This document shows positions 50,356 to 64,000 of a stretch of 64,000 nucleotides of DNA, in pieces (positions within the stretch are counted from its first letter, which is position 1; each line of letters opens with the position of its first letter). Position numbers and translations under genes: made by a program. The stretch comes from Eledone cirrhosa (taxonomy: Eukaryota): the NCBI GenBank assembly GCA_964016885.1, contig OZ024765.1:1612001-1676000 (forward strand). The letters are read 5' to 3'. A model generated the notes under the pieces. It was not told the DNA's origin. It saw only the letters and a list, made by a program, of their open reading frames with translations, and did not search any database.

Positions 50356-50462
50356 GAGATTCTACAGGAGTAGAACTGTTTCATTCTTTAGAAATCATCA
50401 GGAATCTCAGAGATTCCTGATGATTTCTAAAGAATGAAACAGTTCTAGTCCTGTAGAATCTC
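50356..50462. ncRNA. Head-to-head pair of family A hammerhead motifs (minus 50356-50408, plus 50410-50462)
   Basis: GAGATTC-CTGATGA-TTTCTAAAGAAT-GAAACAG-TTCTAGTC-CTGTA-GAATCTC, with a perfect 7-bp stem I and a 1-nt palindrome apex. Confidence 0.85.
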
Positions 50463-50463
50463 A

Positions 50464-50509
<46 letters not shown>

Positions 50510-50655
50510 ACGAAGGAAATGTGGTAAGGAACCAGGTGGACCATAACGCACCAAAGTACTCAATACTTGGGGTAGTAGAGTGGGTAATAGGAACCTGAGT
50601 CCAGAATTAGCCGTCGAAACGGCTTGAGCTCAGCTGTCGGAGTCTTACTGGTTCC

Positions 50656-50686
<31 letters not shown>

Positions 50687-50714
50687 GTATATACACACAC
50701 ATACACGCACACAC

Positions 50715-50885
50715 ACTGTTTCATTCTTTAGAAATCATCAGGAATCTCTGAGATTCCTGATGATTTCTAAAGAATGAAACAGTTCTACTCCTGTAGAATC
50801 TCATCTATATTAAAACTTTTATACTCTGCAATGTATTGAGTACCTTACTTACTGTGTTTACCTCCGACTCAACCCGGAATAACGT
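50715..50885 (+). mobile_element. Family A hammerhead element (ribozyme motif 50750-50802) with partial fold-back and full tail
   Basis: Same ribozyme as 50410; tail ACTCTGCAATGTATTGAGTACCTTACTTACTGTGTTTACCTCCGACTCAACCCGGAATAA. Confidence 0.82.
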
Positions 50886-51004
50886 GTATATATATATATA
50901 TATATATACATATATATGCAAAAGTTTTATTTAAAATTGTTGGGATACAACAAGTAAATATTTTTATAACTGATATAAAGCACTCGACAAGTATTTGGAG
51001 TAGA

Positions 51005-51251
51005 TATACGATATTTATAAAACCATATTTATTTCATTATACATATTTCAGGGATACCAAATTAAATTATGGTATGCCTTCATCAGACAAAATACAATAT
51101 ATAACAGTTTTTGTATAACAGCTTATTTGTAAAACTGTTATATATTGTATTTTGTCTGATGAAGGCATACCATAATTTAATTTGGTATCCCTGAAATATG
51201 TATAATGAAATAAATATGGTTTTATAAATATAGTTTCCATTTATTAATATC

Positions 51252-51255
<4 letters not shown>
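51005..51255 (+). mobile_element. Family D hammerhead element with fold-back (ribozyme motif 51148-51212)
   Basis: Inverted arms of about 100 bp around 51112-51130; matches 9611-9745. Confidence 0.82.
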
Positions 51256-51291
<36 letters not shown>

Positions 51292-51762
51292 CGAAGGAAA
51301 TGTGGTAAGGAACCGGGTGGACCATAACGCACCAAAGTACTCAATACTTAGGGTAGTAGAGTGGGTAATAGGAACAAATAAGACCCCGACGGCTGAGCTC
51401 AAGCCGTTTCGATGGCTATATAACGGTTGATCTAGGCATGAGTTTTCTCATTTTTATATGTATTTAAGTATCAATCAAATACACTCTCCCTTCGTCTCCA
51501 CCAGAGATAACAGTTATATATATATATATATACACATATGTGTGTATATATACATACATGTGTGTGTATATATATATATATATATACATATGTGTGTATA
51601 TATATATACATACATGTGTGTGTGTATATATATATATATATATGTATGTATATATATATACACATATGTATGTATATACACACATATGTATGTATGTATA
51701 TATACACATGTATGTATGTATATATATATACACATGTATGTATGTATATATATATACACATG

Positions 51763-51806
<44 letters not shown>

Positions 51807-52642
51807 TATGTATATATATATATATACACACATACGTATGTATATATATATATATACACACATATGTATGTATATATATATATACACACATATGTATATA
51901 TATATATATATACACACATATGTATGTATATATATATATACACACATATGTATATATATATATATACACATATGTATGTATATATATATATACATACATA
52001 TGTGTATATATATACATACATATGTGTATATATATATACATATGTGTATATATATATATACACACATGTATGTATATATATATATATATACACATGTATG
52101 TATATATATATACACACATGTATGTATATATATATACACACATATGTATGTATATATATATACACACACATGTATATATATATATATACACATATGTATG
52201 TATATATATATACACACACATGTATATATATATATACACACACATGTATGTATATGTATATATACACACACATGTATGTATATGTATATATATACACACA
52301 CATGTATGTATATGTATATATATACACACACATGTATGTATATATATACCTGGGTGTGTATATAAGTCTATGTGCCGCCTAACATCAACCAACAGCTGTA
52401 TAGTACTGTTCTATTCACAACAATTGATATTAAATACACCGGGGAGATAGCTACATAGATATCGATAGATACAGATCGATAGGTAGGTAGATCAAAATCG
52501 ATAGTTAGATAGATTGATGTGTGTGTGTGTGTGTGTATGTATGTGTGTGTGTGTGTGTATGTGTGTGTGTGTGTGTGTATGTGTGTGGCCACATCACGAT
52601 GACTTGGTTTCGTCCTTCCTCTCCTTTTTGCTACTACTACAG

Positions 52643-53185
52643 GTCCCGTTAGCTACATCTACTACTACTACTACTACTACTACTACCACTACCATTACTA
52701 CTACTACTACTACTACTACCACTACCATTACTACTACTACTACTGTTACTACTACTACTACCACTACCATTACTACCACTACCACCACCAACACCACCAC
52801 TACTACCACCACCACTACTACTAACAATACTACTACTACTACTGCTACTGCTACCACTACTACCACCACCACTACTATTACTACCACTACCAATACTATT
52901 ACTACCACTACCACCATTACTACTACTACCACCATCATTACTACTACTACCACCACCATTACTACTACTACCACTACTACTACTATTACTACTACCACCA
53001 CCACCACTACTACTACTATTACTACTACAACCATTACTATTACTGATAATACTACTACTACTACTATTACCACTACCACCATTACTATTGATACTACTAC
53101 TACTACTACTACTACTAGAACAGGTGCCCCATTAGAAGTAACGGCTACTGTTACCACTACTACTACTACTGCTTATACTAGGACA
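52643..53185 (+). CDS. Possible Thr-rich (mucin-like) exon
   Basis: Pyrimidine tract and TACAG acceptor; [10 protein letters not shown]...[23 protein letters not shown] is open and phase-0 compatible with exon 35019-35579. The donor (ACA|GTATAT) is weak, and it may be only an (ACT)n microsatellite. Confidence 0.3.
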
Positions 53186-53361
53186 GTATATATACATATA
53201 TATGTGTGTATATATATATATATACATGTATTTATATATGTTTATATACATATATATGTGTATATATATATACATATATATGTGTATATATATATATACA
53301 TATATGTGTATATATATATACATATATGTGTATATATATACTTATGTGTGTATATATATAT

Positions 53362-53397
<36 letters not shown>

Positions 53398-53745
53398 GTG
53401 TATATATATATACATATATGTGTATATATATATACATATATGTGTATATATATATACACATATATGTGTATATATATATACACATATATGTGTATATATA
53501 TATACACATATAAATATGTGTATATATGTGTATATATATATATATATATACCTTCATAGAGAGAGACATCTCACACACACACATATATATATACGTGTAT
53601 ATACACACATGTATATATATATATATACACACATGTATGTGAGTGTATATATATATATACACTCACTCACACAATCTCACTCATTCTCTCTCTCTCTCAT
53701 GTAACTGCACCGATCATCAAATTGGGTGGTGTCTTTGTGTGTATA

Positions 53746-53803
<58 letters not shown>

Positions 53804-54370
53804 TAGATATATATAGATAAATATACACGGATGTGTATGATTGTGTATAGAAGATTATATTAATAAGAGGAATTCCAACTTTGTCTGATTTACTCGTTTT
53901 ATTTACAATCCTTTAAAATGTATAATGGTATTATAATGAAATAGTATGGGAGAATATTAAATGTTAAGTGTTAATTGAACAAGTACTTTCATGCTTTCGC
54001 AATCTTCAGGTTCACATTGTGTGGTGACAGTCAAGTTCGCAATTTTCAACTGTATATATATATATATATACACACACAAACACAGACATGGTGTCCCCCC
54101 AAAAATGTATACACTATTGCATGTACAGGTATTCAAAGTGTGGACAACATGTATACATATATATATGTTTATATATATATATATATATATAGATATGCTG
54201 TCAGTATATAGATAGGGAAATATGGATGTGTATCTAAAATAATAATTTTTTGTTTCTACTTTTGGCACAAGGCCAGCAACTATTTCAGCGTATTACTGGT
54301 ACTTTATTTTATCGACCCAGTAAGGATAATGATTAAAATTATTGTTCAGTGCTCGGGTGCAATACAATAT

Positions 54371-54558
54371 AAGGAACCAGGTGGACCATAACACACCAGA
54401 GTACTCAATACTTTGGGTAGTAGTAGAGTGGGTAATAGGAAAATGTTCTAGACACCCGACGGCAGAGCTCAAGCCGTTTCGGCAGCTATTTCTGCAGTCC
54501 AGAAATAGCCGTCGAAACGGCTTCAGCTCTGCCGTCGGGGTCTTGAACATTTTTCCTA
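54371..54558 (-). mobile_element. Family B element with fold-back (apex about 54496)
   Basis: Family B tail plus palindrome 54436-54558. Confidence 0.82.
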
Positions 54559-54645
54559 TATGTATATATATATTTATATTTATATAATTAGAATAGAAAA
54601 TAATGTGGAGGTTTCGTTTTCACCAGTATTTCGCCGTACTACCTA

Positions 54646-54707
<62 letters not shown>

Positions 54708-55053
54708 ATATATTATATATATATATTATATATATATATTATATATATATATTATATATATATATTATATATATATATTATATATATATATTATATATAT
54801 ATATTATATATATATATTATATATATATATTATATATATATATTATATATATATATTATATATATATATTATATATATATATTATATATATATATTATAT
54901 ATATATATTATATATATATAATATATATATATATTATATATATATATATAATATATATATATATTATATATATATATTATATATATATATTATATATATA
55001 TATTATATATATATATTATATATATATATTATATATATATATTATATATTATA

Positions 55054-55098
<45 letters not shown>

Positions 55099-55591
55099 AT
55101 TATATATATATTATATATATATTATATATATATTATATATATTATATATATATTATATATATATTATATATATATATATTATATACATATTCTTTCTCTG
55201 TAACAACAACACCACCCCTTTCTCTATAAAGTTATGTTGGTATCACAACACCCAGTCCACTCTGTAAAGTGGTTGGTGTTAGGAAGGGCATCCAGCCGTA
55301 GAAAACCTGCCAGACAGTCCTATACGAGCAAGACACGGTCACCTGACACATCTTGCCTCAAGTGAGACAAATCCCGTCTAACCCATGCTAGCGTGGAAAA
55401 TGGACGTTAAACGATGATGATATATATATGTATATATATATATTTAAAGGTTAAACAAGGTTCAATGAATAAATCAATGAATAAAGTTTTACAATAGATT
55501 AGAAGCACTCCACAGGAAAAAAAATGGTTTTCCGGAGTTATTAATATTAATTCAAAATATTAACAAATATAGACATTCGTGTGATCAAGTA

Positions 55592-55658
55592 TATTTTATT
55601 ATACATATTTCAGAGGTACTGAGCTATTTTCAACAGTACGTCCTCGTCAGATAAAATA
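55592..55658 (-). ncRNA. Type I hammerhead ribozyme
   Basis: Minus strand TATTTTAT-CTGACGA-GGAC-GTACTG...CAGTAC-CTCT-GAAATATGTATA-ATAAAATA; perfect 8-bp stem I. Confidence 0.85.
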
Positions 55659-55991
55659 AGATGATGCTTGACATACAACTGGAAAAAGAATCACAGTATA
55701 TAGAAAGCTGTGTCATCAGCTGGCTGATGGGAATTACCACAACTTCTGTGTAGCGTATAATACATGTATGTATATATATATAAATATGTATATATATATA
55801 CCTATTTATATATATATATATATACATACATACATACATGTATTATACGCTACACGGAAGTTGTGGTAATTCCCATCAGCCAGCTGATGACACAGCTTTC
55901 TATATACATCTAACTACTGTGGTTTTTGTTCCAGTTGTTTCTCTCTACAATTACACTGTGTGTATATATATATATATATAATTCCATACAT

Positions 55992-56603
55992 ATGGTGGCT
56001 GCCAACTCGTTTTCGAGTACGGTCACTACTTTATATCCATGTAGGAGAACCCCTACCGATGTGCTGAACGAGTGTGACTTTTTAGTCCAGCCAGCGACTT
56101 GAAAACTCTGGTACAAACACTACCCTTGTGACAATTAATGACACATAGTGCTGGGCCCATGGTACCATGTGACGACAAGTGCAGAGAGATCTCCAGATAT
56201 AAAGCAATGCCTGTGCCGTGTAGCTTTTATAGTGAGCAAAGGCACTGCACAAAGCCAGTCCCACTCTCTTAACCAAGATGATATTTACCAAAAAGAAGAA
56301 CAAGTCAACATCATTGGATACCATCAGGGTTGCAGGTGTTATATCAGAGTTTTCCTTCTCCTAGAATTCTGCCTTGACAAAGGCTAAGGGGTCATCTCTC
56401 CCGGTCATTTTGGATGGCCATTGACTCTTAAGAGCTCCTTTGCCCTTTGACAGGTTTTGTTTTTAGTCCTGCAGGATGTCCAAAGTCACCCTCCTCACCA
56501 AGAAACCTTGGTGGGGTTGCCAGTTTAGTCGCCAACGACCCAACCATGAGACAGGTTGTACGGGGATACATGCTACCAGTAGCACCAACTGGTGACCTGA
56601 CAT
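55992..56603 (-). mobile_element. Second copy of the 610-bp element
   Basis: Reverse complement of 45714-46325 with scattered substitutions. Confidence 0.85.
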
Positions 56604-56624
56604 AGTATATATATATATACATAC

Positions 56625-56658
<34 letters not shown>

Positions 56659-57039
56659 GTGTGTATATATATATGGCCCACCTGGTTCCTTACCACACTT
56701 CCTTCGTTATATATGTATAGACACATGTACCGCGCGGTTAAACCACTGGGAGTGAAGGACCCCTAGCCTTTGTCAGGGCATTCTTCTAGGAGAAGACAAC
56801 TCAGGAAACTGGGATAACTCCGATATAAAACCTGCGGCTCAGTAGTTACAGATGATGTTGATCTTTTCTTCTTTACAGGTTATAGCTACTGTCTCTGAGA
56901 GAGTGGGATTGGCTCAGTGCACAGTCTTTCCTCACTTTAAAAATATCTTCACGCACAGGCATTGCACGATAGAACTAATTAATAATTATTAATAATGGCA
57001 TATTATGCAATGGCCATACTCGATAACGAGGGGGAAGCC

Positions 57040-57073
<34 letters not shown>

Positions 57074-57374
57074 CATGCTAGCGTGGAAGAACGGATGATA
57101 ATGATGATATATATAGAGAGAGATAATGTCCCATATGTTTGAATGTGTGGGTATATATATATATATATTGTGTGTGTGTATGGGTTTAACAGCTATATAG
57201 ATCACCAACAGTAATGTATATATATATATGTACATGTATGAGTATATGTGTGTCTAAGTATGTACATATATGTATGTGTATGAGCATGTGTTTATATATG
57301 TACTTGTGTATGTGTGTGTATATGTATGTATGTCAGTATATATGTGTATGCATGTGTATATAACATATATATAT

Positions 57375-57731
57375 ATACACACTGTACAACTGGCTTCTAT
57401 ATATATATATATATATACACACTGTACAACTGGCTTCTATATATATATATATATATACACACTGTACAACTGGCTTCTATATATATATATATATATACAC
57501 ACTGTACAACTGGCTTCTATATATATATATGTCTATATAACATATATATATACACTGTACAACTGGCTTCTATATATATATGTCTATATAACATATATAT
57601 ATATATATATATATATACACACTGTACAACTGGCTTCTATATATATATGTCTATATAACATATATATACACACTGTACAACTGGCTTCTATATATATATG
57701 TCTATATAACATATATATACACACTGTACAA
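57375..57731. repeat. Compound repeat ACACTGTACAACTGGCTTC(TA)n, about 7 copies
   Basis: Direct reading. Confidence 0.92.
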
Positions 57732-57990
57732 TTGTCATCTATTATTCAATAGTATTTTTCTGTCCATTATCACCAATAAATGGCTCCCTTCCTCTCCCTC
57801 CCTCCCTCTCCCTCCCTGTCTCTCTCCCTCTCTTTCTCCCTCTCTTTCTCTCTCTATCTTTCTAGCTCTCTCTATTCCCCATGTCTCCCCCTCTCCCTTC
57901 TCTCTCTCTCTCTCTCCTACAATATCACTAATGTTGTGTGTGTGTTTGGTTGGGTTTGTGTGTTAGTGTACGTGTGTGCATATATATATA

Positions 57991-58026
<36 letters not shown>

Positions 58027-58084
58027 ACCAATGCAAGCATGGAAAAAGATCCTTAATTGATGATATATATATATATATATATAT

Positions 58085-58622
58085 ATCATCATCATCATCA
58101 TCGTTTAACGTCCATGTTCCACGCTAGCATGGGTTTGGACGGGAGTTTTCCCACTTGAGGCAAGAGTGGTTGTCTTGCTCGTATAGGACTGTCTGGCGGG
58201 TTTTCTACAGCTGGATGCCCTTCCTAACACCAACCACATTTACAGTGTGGGACTGGGAGGTTTTTACCGTGTTGCCTACACGGCCACATTTACAGCGTGG
58301 ACTGTGTCTTTTTTTGTCGTGACACCTACATGACCACTTTACAGTGTGGACTGGGTGGTTCTTGTCATGACATCTACATGATCACTTTACAGTGTGGACT
58401 GGGTGCTTTTTGTCGTGACACCTACATGATCACTTTACAGTGTGGACTGGGGCTTTTTGTCGTGACACCTACATGACCACTTTACAGTGTGGACTGGGTG
58501 CTTTTTGTTGTGACACCTACATGACCACTTTACAGTGTGGACTGGGTGCTTTTTGTTGTGACACCTACATGACCACTTTACAGTGTGGACTGGGTGCTTC
58601 TTGTCGTGACACCTACACGGCC
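58085..58622 (-). mobile_element. SINE 3' part with an internal 48-bp unit amplified about 8 times
   Basis: SINE tail at 58085-58250, then (CCACTTTACAGTGTGGACTGGGTGCTTTTTGTCGTGACACCTACATGA)n; period 58338, 58386, 58434. Confidence 0.85.
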
Positions 58623-58849
58623 TCATTTGTTTCGAGCTGGATGTTGTGGCACCAACATAACTTTACATTGAAAGGGATGGTGTGGGGGTAGTGGGACGGG
58701 GGGGGGGGTGTATTTTGTTAGAGGTGCCTACTGACTGTACCAACTCTGAAGTTTTGGATTGCGTTTGGAGGGTGGGAGCGGTGGGGCGCAGGGGGGAGGG
58801 GATGGGGGAGATGGGGTTATGTTAGCCATCCGCGGCCGAAACAAAGAGG

Positions 58850-58886
<37 letters not shown>

Positions 58887-58893
58887 TTATCGC

Positions 58894-58966
58894 CATATTA
58901 CAATTGTTTCAATATCGATCAATCACAACTAGGTCCCTACACTTCCACAACATCTCATCAGGTATG
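58894..58966 (-). ncRNA. Type I hammerhead motif
   Basis: Minus strand CATAC-CTGATGA-GATGTTG...CGATATT-GAAACAATTGTA-ATATG; palindromic stem III ACAATTGT. Confidence 0.75.
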
Positions 58967-59373
58967 CAAGGTTATGTGTAAAGACACAATAGAACCCAAC
59001 ACGACACGGACATTGTAAGACCATTGATTGTTTGCAACAGCGAAGCACATGTCACTGTGGAAGGAATAGAAGGTATTCTGTTACAGTTGATCCGATGAAA
59101 TGGACATTAAAACTCTACTTTGGTATTGAATACTCCTTGTTCTCAGCCGTCAAACTCATACGAATATATATATATATATCCTGAGACCAACTATTCTCGT
59201 TGCTGTGGTAATGTGGCTGGGCTGCCGATCGCTATATTTGATTTGCTAAGCTGTCTAAACGTATTGTTATTACTCTGGGGTACTATTCCCATTCGAGTGC
59301 CAAAGCTACAGACCGGATTGGCATTCGTTAGCTTGGCCGCAAACTAAGGCTTCGTTAATTCTGTACTAAAATT

Positions 59374-59404
<31 letters not shown>

Positions 59405-59457
59405 ATATGTATATATATATGTATATATGTAACCAGGTTAACAAGACATTCTTGAAA

Positions 59458-61540
59458 AGTACAAAACAACACTATGACTACATCACATTAAATATTAAAG
59501 TCTTTACTGTAATACTGTAAATTTTCACAACATTCTGTCCACCAGTAAAGATACTATAAACATTTAGTACAAAACAACACTATGACTACATCACATTAAA
59601 TATTAAAGTCTTTACTGTAATACTGTAAATTTTCACAACATTCTGTCCACCAGTAAAGATACTATAAACATTTAGTACAAAACAACACTATGACTACATC
59701 ACATTAAATATTAAAGTCTTTACTGTAATACTGTAAATATTCACAACAATCTGTCCACCAGTAAAGATACTATAAACATTTAGTACAAAACAACACTATG
59801 ACTACATCACATTAAATATTAAAGTCTTTACTGTAATACTGTAAATATTCACAACAATCTGTCCACCAGTAAAGATACTATAAACATTTAGTACAAAACA
59901 ACACTATGACTACATCACATTAAATATTAAAGTCTTTACTGTAATACTGTAAATATTCACAACAATCTGTCCACCAGTAAAGATACTATAAACATTTAGT
60001 ACAAAACAACACTATGACTACATCACATTAAATATTAAAGTCTTTACTGTAATACTGTAAATATTCACAACAATCTGTCCACCAGTAAAGATACTATAAA
60101 CATTTAGTACAAAACAACACTATGACTACATCACATTAAATATTAAAGTCTTTACTGTAATACTGTAAATATTCACAACAATCTGTCCACCAGTAAAGAT
60201 ACTATAAACATTTAGTACAAAACAACACTATGACTACATCACATTAAATATTAAAGTCTTTACTGTAATACTGTAAATATTCACAACAATCTGTCCACCA
60301 GTAAAGATACTATAAACATTTAGTACAAAACAACACTATGACTACATCACATTAAATATTAAAGTCTTTACTGTAATACTGTAAATATTCACAACAATCT
60401 GTCCACCAGTAAAGATACTATAAACATTTAGTACAAAACAACACTATGACTACATCACATTAAATATTAAAGTCTTTACTGTAATACTGTAAATATTCAC
60501 AACAATCTGTCCACCAGTAAAGATACTATAAACATTTAGTACAAAACAACACTATGACTACATCACATTAAATATTAAAGTCTTTACTGTAATACTGTAA
60601 ATATTCACAACAATCTGTCCACCAGTAAAGATACTATAAACATTTAGTACAAAACAACACTATGACTACATCACATTAAATATTAAAGTCTTTACTGTAA
60701 TACTGTAAATATTCACAACAATCTGTCCACCAGTAAAGATACTATAAACATTTAGTACAAAACAACACTATGACTACATCACATTAAATATTAAAGTCTT
60801 TACTGTAGTACTGTAAATATTCACAACAATCTATCCACCAGTAAAGATACTATAAACATTTAGTACAAAACAACACTATGACTACATCACATTAAATATT
60901 AAAGTCTTTACTGTAATACAGTAAATATTCACAACAATCTGTCCACCAGTAAAGATACTATAAACATTTAGTACAAAACAACACTATGACTACATCACAT
61001 TAAATATTAAAGTCTTTACTGTAGTACTGTAAATATTCACAACAATCTGTCCACCAGTAAAGATACTATAAACATTTAGTACAAAACAACACTATGACTA
61101 CATCACATTAAATATTAAAGTCTTTACTGTAATACTGTAAATATTCACAACAATCTGTCCACCAGTAAAGATACTATAAACATTTAGTACAAAACAACAT
61201 TATGACTACATCACATTAAATATTAAAGTCTTTACTGTAATACTGTAAATATTCACAACAATCTGTCCACCAGTAAAGATACTATAACCCTTTAATGTTC
61301 AAGCCGGCCAAAACCGGCCAGAATTCTCTACCTCTTTCTGTTCAAACTGGCTGTAACCGGTCGTTCATATTGATGTTAAAGTATTGTTCTCAAAGTAAAT
61401 ACTTTCAAAATATCATAGATTCAATCTTATGTGAGGTAAAGCCTTTACCATGAAAATATAATAGTATATATATAGAGTAATGTGAATGCTAAGGGGATAA
61501 ACATTTAGTACAAAACAACACTATGACTACATCACATTAA
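59458..61540. repeat. 108-bp minisatellite, about 17 copies, last unit interrupted by a MITE
   Basis: Period 59461 to 59569. Confidence 0.97.
61288..61496 (+). mobile_element. 209-bp piggyBac-type MITE with ATAA target duplication
   Basis: ATAA-CCCTTTAATGTTCA...TGAATGCTAAGGGG-ATAA; removing it restores the satellite unit ACTATAAACATTTAG. Confidence 0.85.
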
Positions 61541-62080
61541 GAGAATATTGGTTGTGTTGAGACCTAGAAACGGGATGGGCTCTGCCAGGATTAGATATGT
61601 CTTTCATACTTTTGAGGTCAACAAAAAAAAAAATGTTAGTCTTCCTCTATACTTCTTTCTCTCTCTCCATCTCTGGAAGAAATCTGTGTTTAGACCTCGA
61701 GAGGGAAGGGCTCTTTCAGCTTTAAAAAGTCTACTTTGTCTGTCACCCTTTGGAAGTCTTCGATAAAAAGAAAAGTACCAGTCAAGTACTAGGGTTGATT
61801 CTTCCTCTCTCTCTCTCTCTGGAAGAAATCTCTGTTCAGACCTCGAGAGAGAAGGGCTCTGCCAAGCAAAACAAGGAACTTTTGAAGGGACTAAGTCATA
61901 TTTGTGTGCAATCTGCCACAGGCGAGGACAGATAATGTTGCTAATATAATTGTTTCTACTTTTGGCACAAGGCCAGCAATTACCCCAGTACATTACTGGT
62001 ACTTTATTTTATCGACCCCGTAAGGATGAAAGGCAGTGTTAACCTTGCCTGGATTTGAACTCAGATCAGAAAGGGCCGTA

Positions 62081-63276
62081 AGACAGTGTCCTGTAAGTGT
62101 ATATCACTGGCTATTTAACAGTGGAGATATAGACAGTGTATTGTAAGTGTATATCACTGGCTATTTAACAGTGGAGATATAGACAGTGTATTGTAAGTGT
62201 ATATCACTGGCTATTTAACAGTGGAGATATAGACAGTGTATTGTAAGTGTATATCACTGGCTATTTAACAGTGGAGATATAGACAGTGTATTGTAAGTGT
62301 ATATCACTGGCTATTTAACAGTGGAGATATAGACAGTGTATTGTAAGTGTTTATCACTGGCTATTTAACAGTGGAGATATAGACAGTGTATTGTAAGTGT
62401 ATATCACTGGCTATTTAACAGTGGAGATATAGACAGTGTATTGTAAGTGTATATCACTGGCTATTTAACAGTGGAGATATAGACAGTGTATTGTAAGTGT
62501 ATATCACTGGCTATTTAACAGTGGAGATATAGACAGTGTATTGTAAGTGTATATCACTGGCTATTTAACAGTGGAGATATAGACAGTGTATTGTAAGTGT
62601 ATATCACTGGCTATTTAACAGTGGAGATATAGACAGTGTATTGTAAGTGTATATCACTGGCTATTTAACAGTGGAGATATAGACAGTGTATTGTAAGTGT
62701 ATATCACTGGCTATTTAACAGTGGAGATATAGACAGTGTATTGTAAGTGTATATCACTGGCTATTTAACAGTGGAGATATAGACAGTGTATTGTAAGTGT
62801 ATATCACTGGCTATTTAACAGTGGAGATATAGACAGTGTATTGTAAGTGTATATCACTGGCTATTTAACAGTGGAGATATAGACAGTGTATTGTAAGTGT
62901 ATATCACTGGCTATTTAACAGTGGAGATATAGACAGTGTATTGTAAGTGTTTATCACTGGCTATTTAACAGTGGAGATATAGACAGTGTATTGTAAGTGT
63001 ATATCACTGGCTATTTAACAGTGGAGATATAGACAGTGTATTGTAAGTGTATATCACTGGCTATTTAACAGTGGAGATATAGACAGTGTATTGTAAGTGT
63101 TTATCACTGGCTATTTAACAGTGGAGATATAGACAGTGTATTGTAAGTGTATATCACTGGCTATTTAACAGTGGAGATATAGACAGTGTATTGTAAGTGT
63201 TTATCACTGGCTATTTAACAGTGGAGATATAGACAGTTGTAGACAGTGTTCTGTAAGTGTATATCACTGGCTATTT
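62081..63276. repeat. 50-bp minisatellite, about 23 copies
   Basis: Unit AGACAGTGTATTGTAAGTGTATATCACTGGCTATTTAACAGTGGAGATAT; begins where a minus-strand SINE is truncated. Confidence 0.97.
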
Positions 63277-63705
63277 GACCCTTTTCATTTCCATATCAAC
63301 CTGCTGTTTGGAACATAACTTAACAAAGGATCTTACATAGAATTATAATGGAAGATTTTAGATATATAAACATTTTAATTCTCTCGTGACCATATTTCTA
63401 ATGAAAGACACTGTCTTATTAACCTGGTGTTTGGAACATAACTTAACAAAGGCTCTTACATAAAATTATGATGGGAGGTTTTTAGATAAACCTAAACACT
63501 CCAAAACAACCAGCTATTTATAATAGAGGTATTTAAAACCAAGATAAACACTTTAACCCTTTCATTACCATATTTCTAATGAAAGACACTGCTTAAGGCT
63601 GTCAAATAATTTAAAAAGTAATGAGGAGCTTGTTGAGGATTTAGTAATATAAGAAAGTATCTTATCAAACAGATCTGTATATAAGAGAACCAGGGCTGTT
63701 CAGGT

Positions 63706-63707
<2 letters not shown>

Positions 63708-63738
<31 letters not shown>

Positions 63739-64000
63739 ACGTCTGCTTTTCCCTGCTTGCAAGGGTGGGACGGGAACTGATTCTGGCTTGATCTCTACAG
63801 CTGGATGCCCTTCCTAACACCAACCTCATTTACAGTGAGTGGTGGCTGCTTTTTTGCCGTGGCACCTCCACGACCACTTTGCAGTGGAATGATAGGGACC
63901 CCAGTCCCTATCATCTCATTTCTACAGCTGAGTAAACTGCAGCAATGTGAAATAAAGTGTCTTGCTCAAGGAAACACTTTATTTCTCATTGCTCCAGTTT
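63708..64000 (-). mobile_element. CORE-type SINE running off the window end
   Basis: Reverse complement of 10090-10346. Confidence 0.88.

Noticed and set aside
55696-55907. CTGATGA-CACAG...CTGTG as another hammerhead
   Set aside because: No GAAA after the putative stem II; kept only as an inverted repeat.

Overview
Animal genomic DNA, most likely an octopod cephalopod (inferred from the very high (TA)n/(CA)n/(GGT)n load and the tRNA-derived CORE-type and Meta-type SINEs with RTE-LINE tails). Nearly all ORFs in the supplied track are microsatellite artefacts. Real gene content is limited to a few candidate plus-strand exons (4891-5076, possibly 14560-14613, a His/Gln-rich first exon 35019-35579, possibly a Thr-rich exon from 52643). 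The rest is repeats: an RTE LINE 3' end, Tx1/L1-like 3' ends sitting in (TATC)n, SINEs, Tc1/mariner and piggyBac-type MITEs, and many minisatellites, several traceable to transposon fragments. The main signal is about 17 loci with type I hammerhead ribozyme motifs, read and paired by eye. They belong to several short non-coding element families embedded in (TA)n. Many are fold-back palindromes, and several families share a covarying RCTC...GAGY hairpin near their 3' end. This looks like a set of non-autonomous Penelope-like or retrozyme-like retroelements. No database search or folding software was run.
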